Below, piece after piece: positions 44,601 to 50,130 of a stretch of DNA of 54,708 nucleotides. The position numbers and the translations under genes are program-made. Below the pieces are notes generated by a model that was not told where the DNA came from, did no database searches, and saw nothing but the letters and a program-made list of their open reading frames with translations. Source of the DNA: a virus (Duplodnaviria > Caudoviricetes). The stretch is taken from the IMG/VR virus record IMGVR_UViG_3300049489_000161, positions 1 through 54,708 of that record; one strand, written 5' to 3'. Positions within the stretch are counted from its first letter, which is position 1; every line of letters begins with the position of its first letter.

Positions 44601-47337
44601 TCACCTTGAACTTCTTCTCGAACACCCAGTTCAGCTTCTCGTTGAACACCCGGGTCGCCTCGGTCTTGGCGGCCGTATCGTCGAACGAGATCTGGACGTA
44701 CTTCAAGTACAGGTCGTACAGCAGCCCCGGCTTCTGCCGGGTGCCCACCAGCATCTCGGCGGCCTGTACCGTCTCCGCCAGATCCGCGATCGTGTCGTTC
44801 GCCACCCGGATGTTGTCCTGCGCCTGCGCCGCAGCATCCGTATCCCCGGCGGCCTGCGCCGCGGCCAGCTCCTGGGTGTACGTGTCGAGCAACTGCTGCG
44901 CACGTTCGCGCTGTGTCTGCAGACCATCGACGTTGGTCAGCAGGTTCTCCATCACGGATTCCATCGACATCACCGCAGCGTTCACCGCGAACTCGTTGCC
45001 GTCGACACGACCGTCCTCGAGCACCACCCGTGAGGAGGACCGGCCTGTCAGCAGCGAAGACTTGCCACCGATCGAGTCCTTCTTGCGGGTGTCCGCCGCC
45101 ACCGCGTTCTGCCGCAGCAGATCCTGGATCTCACGCGCCACCGGGGAGTCGAACGAGGCCATCTTCTGGCCCTCGTTCAGCATGTTCATCAACGCCCGGA
45201 CCTCGGCGTCCTCCTTCGGGGTGGCGATCGCCAGCTTCTCGATCTCCGACTTCGTCATCCCCGAGGTGATCTGCTTCCACTCCTGCTCGGTCGGGGGATT
45301 CCCGGACATCCGCATCGCGTACAGCAACCGGGCCCGGTTGTTCACCACCTGATCGGAGGTGGCCCGCTTGTTCAGCGTGCCCAGCCCCATGCCCATGCCG
45401 CCGGCGAACCCGTACGCTGCGGCCCACGCCATCTGCGCCGGATCGAGATCCTCGCTCAGACTCATCGGCTCGAACGCCGCCTGGATGAACTCCTCACCAC
45501 CTTCGGCATACCCGGTGATCAGCGCGTCCCGGAACCGGGAACCCTGCCGAGTCATCCCAACCGCCGCGTTGTAGTAGTCGTCCATGAACGAAGCCGTGCC
45601 GTCATCCAGCATCCGGGCCTGCCGCGCCAGATAACTAGTCGGCACCATCCGCAGGAACTCGCTCGGCGCGGCCAACTGCAACGTCGGGGAGATCTTCACG
45701 ATGTTGCCGTCAGCATCCCGGCGGAACCGCATCCCGTTCAACACCTCGTCGTCGGCACGGGAGGCCAGCCAATCCCTGGTACGAGTCGGCAGCACGGCGT
45801 CCGCCACCTTGGTGGTGACCCTCTCCTGCACGTCCCGCAACGTGGTGTACTGCAACGGCTTGTCCGTCACTTTCCCGAGGATCTTCGGGGCGGCAGCCGT
45901 GGCCAGGTCATCCGCGCTCTGCCCCGGCGTGGTTCTCGCGGTGGCGGTCGCGGCACTGGCCCGGGACGCCTGCGCCGCCCGTCCGATCGCGCCGGCCATT
46001 CCCACCTGCAGCGCATCGATCGTCGTCTTGCCGATCGCGCCGACCCACTCCTGACGGGTCGTGTAGGGGTCGAAATCCCCGCGGGCCTCGTTCCATCCCT
46101 CACCGACGACCAGCTGACCCACCCCGCCGATCGTCATCGCACTCATCGTGCCCATGTACATCGCACGGCCCGCCGGGTTGGAGAACTGCATCACGCCATC
46201 GGCCAGCGCCGCCCCGACATCCAGCACCTGGACCCAGCCCGGAGCCTTGCGCGACCCATCCGGGTTGGTGTCGTAGAACGCCACCGTGTTGTCACCGATG
46301 TCGCCGAACCCCACCTCCGACATACCGTGGCTCAGGTTCTGCGTCACGTTCATCAACTTCGTGCCGACCTGCGCATACTGTTGCAGCCACGTCCCGGCGC
46401 CGCCGAACAACTGGTCCGTACCCTCATACCGGGCATTCGCGCGACTGGCGATCACACTGGCACGGGCCGCCGTCTCCACCAGCTCGTCCTGGTTCAAGTA
46501 CCCGGCCACCGTGCCCAGGCCGAACCCGATCACACCACCGATCGCCGCTCCGACCGGGCCGCCGATACTGCCGAACGCGGCACCCTGCGCCGCTGTGGTG
46601 AGACCGGCACCGGCGATCAGCGCATTGTTCTGCCACCCCTCGAACCGATTCTCCGTCGCCTCGAGATCGTCCTTGTACTGCTCGGCCTGTGGCGCGTACA
46701 ACGCCTGCTCCGACCGCTCGCTGCGTTTCGCGTTCACCGCCAGGGACAACGCCTCAGGGTTCGAGCGCAACGCCTCGAACTCCCGGCCCTTCTCCTCCCG
46801 GGTCATCACGAAGTCCGACATCATCGTGTCGGCCGTCTTCGCGTCGAACGTGTCGTAGACGTTCCCCTGCTTCTGGCCGTTGACGAAGATGTCCCCGAAC
46901 CGCAGATCCTTCTTCTCGTCGTCCCACGTCACGACACCCGTGGCCTTGTAGCCCTCGGTGTCGGCGCCCGGATCGAACTGGGAGAAGAACACACTGGCCC
47001 GATCCTCATCGAACGCCTTCTGCTGCCAGACGTTCGACTGCTTGATCATCTGGTTGTAGAAGTCGGTGTTCCACCCGTTCTCCGTGCCACCGGCATTCGC
47101 CCCCGTGTACCACTGCGGGGCGACCTCCATCATCGAATCCTGAGGAGCCCACGGCTGAAGACCCTTCCGGCCCTGGTCGATCCACAGATCCTGGTCGCGG
47201 GCGAACCGCTCGGACGCCTGCGCCATCCCCAACGGCGCGGCAGGACTGTCAGCCTGCTTCTTGAACTGGGACTGACCACCCTTGAAATCGACCACGACGT
47301 GACGCCCCTTCGATGACCGCTGCTCTTGGGCCACCAT
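32683..47337 (-). CDS. 4884-aa giant virion protein, predicted single-chain two-barrel RNA polymerase / ejection protein
   Basis: Uninterrupted ORF; VRNP...NGDHDGD (aa 940-987), GSTVMAGDLYIRV (~3100), LKLHAEGTGNKTTIS (3194-3208); Gly-rich hydrophobic segments. Confidence 0.75.
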   Translation of the reverse strand: MVAQEQRSSKGRHVVVDFKGGQSQFKKQADSPAAPLGMAQASERFARDQDLWIDQGRKGLQPWAPQDSMMEVAPQWYTGANAGGTENGWNTDFYNQMIKQSNVWQQKAFDEDRASVFFSQFDPGADTEGYKATGVVTWDDEKKDLRFGDIFVNGQKQGNVYDTFDAKTADTMMSDFVMTREEKGREFEALRSNPEALSLAVNAKRSERSEQALYAPQAEQYKDDLEATENRFEGWQNNALIAGAGLTTAAQGAAFGSIGGPVGAAIGGVIGFGLGTVAGYLNQDELVETAARASVIASRANARYEGTDQLFGGAGTWLQQYAQVGTKLMNVTQNLSHGMSEVGFGDIGDNTVAFYDTNPDGSRKAPGWVQVLDVGAALADGVMQFSNPAGRAMYMGTMSAMTIGGVGQLVVGEGWNEARGDFDPYTTRQEWVGAIGKTTIDALQVGMAGAIGRAAQASRASAATATARTTPGQSADDLATAAAPKILGKVTDKPLQYTTLRDVQERVTTKVADAVLPTRTRDWLASRADDEVLNGMRFRRDADGNIVKISPTLQLAAPSEFLRMVPTSYLARQARMLDDGTASFMDDYYNAAVGMTRQGSRFRDALITGYAEGGEEFIQAAFEPMSLSEDLDPAQMAWAAAYGFAGGMGMGLGTLNKRATSDQVVNNRARLLYAMRMSGNPPTEQEWKQITSGMTKSEIEKLAIATPKEDAEVRALMNMLNEGQKMASFDSPVAREIQDLLRQNAVAADTRKKDSIGGKSSLLTGRSSSRVVLEDGRVDGNEFAVNAAVMSMESVMENLLTNVDGLQTQRERAQQLLDTYTQELAAAQAAGDTDAAAQAQDNIRVANDTIADLAETVQAAEMLVGTRQKPGLLYDLYLKYVQISFDDTAAKTEATRVFNEKLNWVFEKKFKVKDPATGNLVPVTDSMAEAMRKVVELKMVRNPLTGQGSFAVFVPQVSLVMSAADIHGTMSFDESVLKTLNGDHDGDNAVEIASTYEPPEQLANIRRGNQYAQRNTTWVDDQGTVVGSDTGWEINIGVPDAEAIYIEAFSDPLNPSDLHDKVVLGLLRLSARLEQRYGRVLQPAKEFRALLKQFQANVLANVTDARTILVKGMYDLGGEALLAMGDSTGRPEALQIWNMISVEFDAIQQEFAYWRDVNREDVIVNPLKPAVPAPSSVLKRVARWMAKTHGDALMMLGSAAQTRPEQFLHYSALYNSATVLGAMDADQMADAVAGQAKLVELYAKLGAGKTQSDSEGMLGRDRIQERTVYWLKQIIASEGIAGKFPNLSETELLLYVANMRVPAVVKDGGVFGIVPGEQVSMLQMLLGKSLDVELEMQEGADPDSPIMKKIQTLRPLTRNNAKQGGNSNTAALAMMEVFSDTSLYELLGKASMYIGPHVTLRQLMELSLSKNEKDRAAFMAMLRRAADYSKKHGIGNPPWGADVLTQTGPDGALQMNSYTMLIDALGTSTSAEQKKRQDRSDKARRQFENGLKDLSEMIDAWAMLYPSLDASDRRAVLNDMLRTGDERVARKIAAMIPNGAALGVVEVVGGEVHMRDWVEQALTETDPKKAALIWHVNTLIAEWNVMANTPTKDKLEDGVEGVVRWDQIQSRFLQTAYILNTLEDGGRQRQLFWEAVARAQSIEELYTQINANPVWLAGRPELLPFDDDKAGYEVNARNQWGAGNSQQQVLDAIADFSQMAEPMSKALVQRKADSDSNARITTAMQEELAWQKDEIAARIAENNKKPVSQRQTVEEIRAEVQNTGKDTNSAEMLGFLRRAIRNAQAFPDGVGPNAMQQLYTAMYDMFFRAHDKGLPPDLTRPMGEAITMADMWGFGNALRAESAALTTLSWDQVATNLSKLAKGPVRIQLENGRLVELDMSDEETALQMLHDPRTQEFAKLVLFPTMRDVNPVGTVQTYSNGVQTSNIGHLLQDTSFASLFNPTADEPELRRAYRYISMVEAFIRNAAVEEGTAEAWEDGFFPISNMIDSFIVAYTTAESVTEQSLQQVRDKLVIGVYRVLKSLANVQKASLPDLQQLISAELQKRFWGDDTAYLEYIAPMSDAEKQLHEDTVRDLMGLAAVDRFEEARIQLKSATDPVVRAELERRMQEAQDGIDHAKNADLSDLLAFRSRMEYASVLKTFQLSHGRSADDKKFDFVKKTAIVQFLGTQERINKFAGYKAKIDTTPGTEQNIYQLLAKFRELVWTNNDSRVFSEQTADVLTPEQWDQLGEFCATLTISERSVRSSDDTRVLPIILGKNVDDVRKLYDTSWASLSDPLFHPRVLDAVEAIAATTLDPRMTRMDEAAEQILTELYPQNRLGQWHDRIPMHLAKARKLLDGASVEAAVQMEGVTNDEMDVWIATGFATSEDVDLAAHTTTREFVLDPNTSLDLQDYLDREAYLRIHNHAVWEVNITPADTGVPVPLRDIVGDTIMLDENTRSSPLKSLNLDVLLKYLTKNPQLIPATGATISITYVDVNKKPPGPEYANNVYFDGVGRASAGRSEVGLIASMLYAVSGVFGTGLQIPLDAITKQGQSFRAFRTSALRRTKDFEENSATLTEMLERKTMALATAMFPHGRLQVDDLTALYKYVKSRHVVMGRNPSTGLKEVWPAEKWIAYESQGGTMPLESLDKAGDPPKFVANSEKVTQRILGRAGYGTDKTYVDIIEMYSTPQYSQERLERLGLGDLGEEVTLEELGNTVLGKVAPVSKARLIASDERTDIRTLRQLRLQEWQGQQAAQDERRFESRRAINDQNEDNKKQLLNMVQAEQLGGKLKYLGLPETMTQDVVNDLLNSHYAKSLEKLMAGSGILFVHEQAASKTSNVGHLVAAKQVEDGFSGMKFPPTYGDGVVIDLQSLLNYAGGMHTKAVEVGTKVVEEYARRGVIVVLASNTKTTLLRQSLSRAMLEGGLGYKDLGNAGQFFVPSTEDEDYVNETVQALESTLVETSPQRADNFELNAWVDWLSELTEGNRVIDPARAKEWRRFSMLLVPKNYSVSVPGTNDLLLFGPPQKGTGETAQFNRIAKQLLAMTDDGDPNSPGFKQLLRQMTDKKYGNEYKDSIPFFKQNPDGTTKVGVKPPEQALKDFFDALKLGKEVFEPGSTVMAGDLYIRVAGDGNVLLQRIGFKLPEKEEHIKNLRQQWQDQEDVDGTPFPKLRVAFGPADVEANWTVPPPLEVEEVDRDRRKLELVGLVTEDAALKLHAEGTGNKTTISFMDPKTGYTSNLSTIAGNTRGIASYTSTEGIASKGSVRGVSHTFRNMFAVTGWDIENELLDVLVPAGVVGTDAERRELLRMLLDGWSKMNHGLTSSQILQLMDQERLLTTFAAELNELFASVMPGAVQPLGIALDTNRSSAIDNIAVAVLAALAAPGVTPDMVLSLPGFLTVPDSNREAMVGFMPAILSQLLNDPRRPEMRQYLLDKANAVFPQITLPDGRVVPEHYFDGDLTFWVRMYQELPDKNGAPQKPKTMLRPMSLQLNNVVASDKNPIGAAYSSFSRESDVSPFNSRITAGAVGGRVLVKQQEVGKKGARRVLPTQQEIIDGENTISLFEDDADTVWRMVSRIMPEDPSFSPFKHLTPLEHVRLDSTTKDMTSYLHVIQRGDTEKERQEWQKAVVLRNKLLDDLGLTHGEWAEIDFLVRQWYGTPGPRTDQTDYTEQVTAKMYIEAVSAMRQNITGPHRLHPLHGAMVPLEHVVFWRKVFEAGVWSPTKQIKRGKFEDVENDWGSWVETLMGQMLESHQEFMAMFLSPLDGFWVTYQGSNPNFNTMSLSVKQEIVAKMMDADGNRPYLSVDPDARVLMQDPAILESMSITHSLLAGLPSDEYMANQLRSIKITEMSDRIAYQKAWLKNNKARPQKKKSVKDYAKNGAQYQESLRDSSLFLRGAVHLSLTTRLFNPALWVSALGESFFRNQIENVTNILSGNNLGRGGKTTAAIGSKLGVEPKFSMEQLKMLDQLATILGDSTEFIGEIFGEMTYKSGLLEPGGTVNAEGQTVPSGGKVSRTLERTATTVSRVMSDPTIGQSQKSVAIRYLAAAIEYLELAPNNVVSVETLVAEMKKDPLWLKKKFSTKKANPHQMGINAVGNIRSQKNTVAAKLFMRPIETLCAQEGFGTWIGHALKIPFLFTRFNVNALTYLTGMTGVDQMVAMTLSGRENPWRSWIVRNRSKDPSLEFKPMDFNDVIETLDLSRLFVRGMVTQAGLFAFGMMGAEILGFGGEDEEEKRRRRQATYLNIPLVYDPQKAANDFRYQDAIFLDDIPMLGTLFKKDESGRAAIVPHWVLRQFTSPLMGVVRFFETGDIRLISQGFLDGVSAIPNSVLSLYRDADLTAKLLQESAEADARVESPERLSTTTLLGISIVGMYEKALIENQFVNGIRSAFDKYDRNPWLVAMTNPKDGGTLDLQQGSSLPQQTDALQQYQKEVPVLDDNGEPVIGADGKPVMEPVSGLAYMTRSGGDAYLHQYAENNATAAVLLSLFTGQITGPSSFARENMVVKTQNVPTEAVDNATLEALVYARFFGAGGSGLLSQDDIGSILKTQAEAADVWWNQGDIDAQSGKLYKEQLQQFDRLKAALIPQLEQRDIAAGVSSSPESLEAEADAMADAMMMGTSISRNGREELSIEGQEAMVKSLMAGLVTLDDPGFQGFYASQEQRDLLQARILDRIVQDGVNRGMTETAAKFRANRYYFGDSTDPSSPGLREILYSNQIPSQPSAEYNQLNATYVIGPDGRPWATPFPRQSIAQALGLPVPAGMIKPANGMSLDERGNAVDDVKNLNTGRASLEPTQVTGQVTPNDSILEQIKKKTYTPKDTISGGGRFSGYRSYGGYSRRGGGGYGGGGGGGFTPNSYITRMSFFTGMSAAQIDSVSMINTNSPLIRRADVRRERVSSERGRLKQWQ

Positions 47338-47590
47338 ATCGGACGCCGCGGCGGAAGATCGGGTCTGACGCGAACCCCCACACCCATCCCTGGGTATCCC
47401 ACATGCGGCCGGGTTGTCTCACGAAACGTCTCAGCATGGGTTCAGATCAGAGCGAACCCATCACCCGGACGCCAACAACAGGAAACACCCACAGCAACTG
47501 TAGGGACGGGATACCCACAGAGGGCTTTTCAGGGGTTTCGTTGGGTGCGGTTAGGTGTCAAGGGTGAAAAATGGAAACTTTTGTGTGAAG

Positions 47591-47720
47591 TACCAAAACA
47601 AACAATAGAAACAAATAACACAACACTATACCCCCTATACATATTGATATGTATGGATATGGGTATTACTGAAATCCATTTCAGGTGTTGTGGTTGATTA
47701 GGTTGTGTCTGGTTTTGGTA
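47591..47720. promoter_or_regulatory. AT-rich branched inverted repeat between the divergent arms
   Basis: taccaaaac/gttttggta, cacaacac/gtgttgtg, ataccc/gggtat, atacatat/atatgtat, ctgaaat/atttcag. Confidence 0.6.
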
Positions 47721-47747
47721 ATGATGCCAATGAAAGGACTGTCTCAC

Positions 47748-48047
47748 ATGTCTGAGAATCCACTGCAAAGTCTGCTCGGTGCTGCTTCAGCTGCTGCAAT
47801 CGCTAACATCTCTCGTACTCCGGAACAGCGTGCCGCTGATTCAGCCGGTGTTGACTTGCTGTCCGCACAGGTCCTCGGTGTTCTCATCGAACAACGAAAG
47901 GAGCTGGCGGGTCAGCACAAGATTGAGCGTGAAGACGCGAAGGCCAACAACATGGCTGTCGGCTCTGCCGAATGGAAAGAGATGGTCGATGGACAAAAGC
48001 GAGCAATCGCTGCCATCGATGCAATGATCGCACGCCGCGGTCGTTAA
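47748..48047 (+). CDS. Hypothetical early protein (99 aa)
   Basis: AAAGGA RBS before MSENPL; followed by a terminator. Confidence 0.8.
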   Translation: MSENPLQSLLGAASAAAIANISRTPEQRAADSAGVDLLSAQVLGVLIEQRKELAGQHKIEREDAKANNMAVGSAEWKEMVDGQKRAIAAIDAMIARRGR

Positions 48048-48053
48048 GAGTGT

Positions 48054-48085
48054 GAGATCCCTTCGGGGATCTCCTCTCTTATTTT
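48054..48085 (+). terminator. Rho-independent terminator with cUUCGg loop
   Basis: gagatccc-ttcg-gggatctc followed by a pyrimidine/T run. Confidence 0.8.
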
Positions 48086-48242
48086 CTATCCCGCTTTTTT
48101 TCACACGCTCACACGTTGACGTCTTCAATAACGTCAAACAGAAACTTCCTCGCCTAGTCGCGTGACGTTTGCACTCAGGCTACTGAGTGACCGGCTCCAT
48201 CTTGGCGAGGTGTGTGTGAGTGTGTGATTGTTTGCGGGATAG
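48086..48242 (+). ncRNA. Candidate structured ncRNA (or ssDNA structure)
   Basis: Nested stems ctatcccgc/gcgggatag, tcacacgctcacac/gtgtgagtgtgtga, ttgacgt/acgtcaa, cctcgcc/ggcgagg, cactcag/ctgagtg. Confidence 0.5.
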
Positions 48243-48327
48243 GTACTTCACATACGCTACGCGGCGTAGCTCAAATCACTCGACACCGTTGATGATCATC
48301 AAGGTTGTCCGGTGATCAGCCTCAAAA

Positions 48328-48533
48328 TGTAGACACCCCTCACTGTCTACAGGGTGTCTACATCCGGCACCGAGGTGTCTACATTCAGCCCAGATGCCTG
48401 GTTTTCTCGCACGTTAGTACGAAAACCCGGCCCTTTGGTGGTATGTAGACACATGTAGACAACGAAAAAAACCCCTTTAAGGAAAGTGTATATATATAAA
48501 GGGGGTCAACTTTTTGTGACTACGGTGTCTACA
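48328..48533 (+). repeat. TGTAGACA-box cluster including element copy B (48444-48533)
   Basis: Boxes at 48328, 48344, 48355, 48376, 48444, 48454 and 48526, plus a degenerate one at 48517. Confidence 0.9.
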
Positions 48534-48626
48534 CCCCAGTCCCAGCGCCCCAGCGTCGGGTGACACTCCTGATTCCGGGCGACGACATGGCTCCACTTCA
48601 GTGCGGATCTCACTCCTAATCACCTC

Positions 48627-48657
48627 TCGGTTGCGACCTCGTATCGGTTGCGACCTC
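48627..48657. repeat. 14-bp direct repeat TCGGTTGCGACCTC x2
   Basis: 48627-48640 and 48644-48657; degenerate third copy near 48663. Confidence 0.85.
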
Positions 48658-48811
48658 CCTTCGTTTGCGAACTCAGACACCATGCGTGGTGTCACATACC
48701 AAAAAACTGGTTTTGGTTGGAAAAGGAAAGAGAGAGATAAGGAGAAAGAGTCAAGAGTCACACCAGATGGGACATCCATAGTGACCAAGACTCTCTCGGA
48801 AAGGAGCTCAA

Positions 48812-49096
48812 ATGAGCGTTCCCACATTCATCGGCTATCTCCTGCTGGCTTTCACCGCAGGACTGGTGTTGCACCCAGTGTTCGCCTCCGTCTCACGAAA
48901 GATCAGCGATCGCCTGTGGAACCGCAGGGTGAACGCAGTCGTAAACAGTCTTCGGGCTGACGGCTGGACAGTCTTGGAGCCGGACCACACCGTTCCGACG
49001 CAAGCCACCTCCACTCGCCCTACCGTCCCTGACGACTGGGACTCCTGGGGCGTGGTGGAGACAGGCCTTGGCTCCACTGCCCGGGGTCAGGTGTGA
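48812..49096 (+). CDS. Membrane-anchored hypothetical protein
   Basis: AAGGAG RBS; N-terminal TM segment. Confidence 0.75.
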   Translation: MSVPTFIGYLLLAFTAGLVLHPVFASVSRKISDRLWNRRVNAVVNSLRADGWTVLEPDHTVPTQATSTRPTVPDDWDSWGVVETGLGSTARGQV

Positions 49097-49410
49097 AGGC
49101 AATGACGGCAGTGGTGCTTCTCAGCATCACTGCCGTCACTGCCGGTTGCACCTCCGCTACGACTCCCGAACCCATCAGCACTACACCGCTGCGGTTCTCC
49201 GACAACAGCCATGATGATCGTGACCTCAACAACGAGGCCTTCGATCTGATCTGGTGGGAGATGACACACAACTCGCCCGGCGCGGCTACTGCCCTGTGCA
49301 TCTCAGCACAGGTGCAGACCGCCGCGTCGTGGCAGACGTTCGACAACAACACCGGGCATGTCTTCCCGCGCACCGCATGGTTGCGTGGAATCTACCGTCA
49401 CTGCCCGTGA
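49093..49410 (+). CDS. Putative lipoprotein
   Basis: MKAMTAVVLLSITAVTAGC signal with lipobox-like TAGC; GTGA overlap. Confidence 0.65.
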   Translation: MKAMTAVVLLSITAVTAGCTSATTPEPISTTPLRFSDNSHDDRDLNNEAFDLIWWEMTHNSPGAATALCISAQVQTAASWQTFDNNTGHVFPRTAWLRGIYRHCP

Positions 49411-49413
49411 CCT

Positions 49414-49803
49414 CAACGACCTGAGCATGTCGTGAAACTGCTCCCTCACTACGGCCGAGGCACCCGGCTAGTGGGTAGAACAGAGTGCCTGGGCTGCGGT
49501 CCAACGGAGGTACCTCGTAAGAGCGTGAGCAGCACCGCAGTGCGTGGCTCACACACAAGTTTCCCTGGGTAGCTCCCGGGGATGGCGTGGCTGAATAACT
49601 CCTGTGGTTCCGGGAGTAAAGCAGCGCATGGGTCACGACAAGCGGGATCTCGGGCAGAGATCCTGCGCTGTGGAGGCACAGCTCAGTGACTGTCTTACCG
49701 GACAACATGTGAGTCAACGGCGACATCCGACAACCAAGGAGCCCGCTGTTGTATGAGAGTGGTACCTCATCGCCAACGTCCTGAGCATGACGTGAAACTG
49801 CTC
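49414..49803 (+). ncRNA. Candidate structured ncRNA locus bracketed by two 30-nt pseudoknot repeats
   Basis: Repeats at 49414-49443 and 49774-49803 with a compensatory base change; many internal hairpins. Confidence 0.55.
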
Positions 49804-49875
49804 ACCTCAGACGTGGCCCCGCTGCTGCTGCTCCCCCGCCAGCAGCGGGGTCACCTTCCACAAGGAGAATCAGCA

Positions 49876-50130
49876 ATGCCAAGCGCCGATCCACCTGTCC
49901 ACGCGGTCAAGATCACGCTGACGACAGGCGACATCGAGGCACAGTTCATCTGCTCCAAAGGGGCATGCGGACTGTGCCGGGAGTTCCAGTCGTACGCCAA
50001 GTACGAACCCTGGACCTACTACGACGGGCCCGTGAAGCACTCGCTGCACAACGGGGTCATCACCCTGCGTCATGCACCAGACTCCGTCGTCTGGTCATAC
50101 GGCGCGAAGTTCACAGACAACCCTCGCTGA
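49876..50130 (+). CDS. Hypothetical Cys-containing protein (84 aa)
   Basis: AAGGAG RBS; CSKGACGLC. Confidence 0.7.
   Translation: MPSADPPVHAVKITLTTGDIEAQFICSKGACGLCREFQSYAKYEPWTYYDGPVKHSLHNGVITLRHAPDSVVWSYGAKFTDNPR

Noticed and set aside
35014-45033. Very long + strand ORFs (804, 1161 and 1160 aa) opposite the giant gene
   Set aside because: Antisense shadows caused by high-GC codon bias; His/Arg/Val-rich, no motifs or RBS
32683-47337. Giant gene as a tape measure protein or N4/T7-type single-subunit RNAP
   Set aside because: No tail tube or assembly chaperone genes recognised and tail genes are podovirus-like; I did not see T7-type motifs, whereas two-barrel motifs are present
47529-48960. 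ORFs 47529-47768, 48477-48827 and 48601-48960 in the control region
   Set aside because: Atypical composition, no RBS, and they overlap repeat or structured elements
49414-49803. 30-nt repeats as a CRISPR array or hammerhead ribozyme (CUGA...GAAAC)
   Set aside because: Only two copies 360 nt apart; the core is CUGAGCA rather than CUGANGA, and the pairing is a pseudoknot, not a three-way junction
47340-49870. tRNA genes in the non-coding early region
   Set aside because: No cloverleaf with a GTTCRA T-loop recognised by eye; tRNAscan/ARAGORN would confirm
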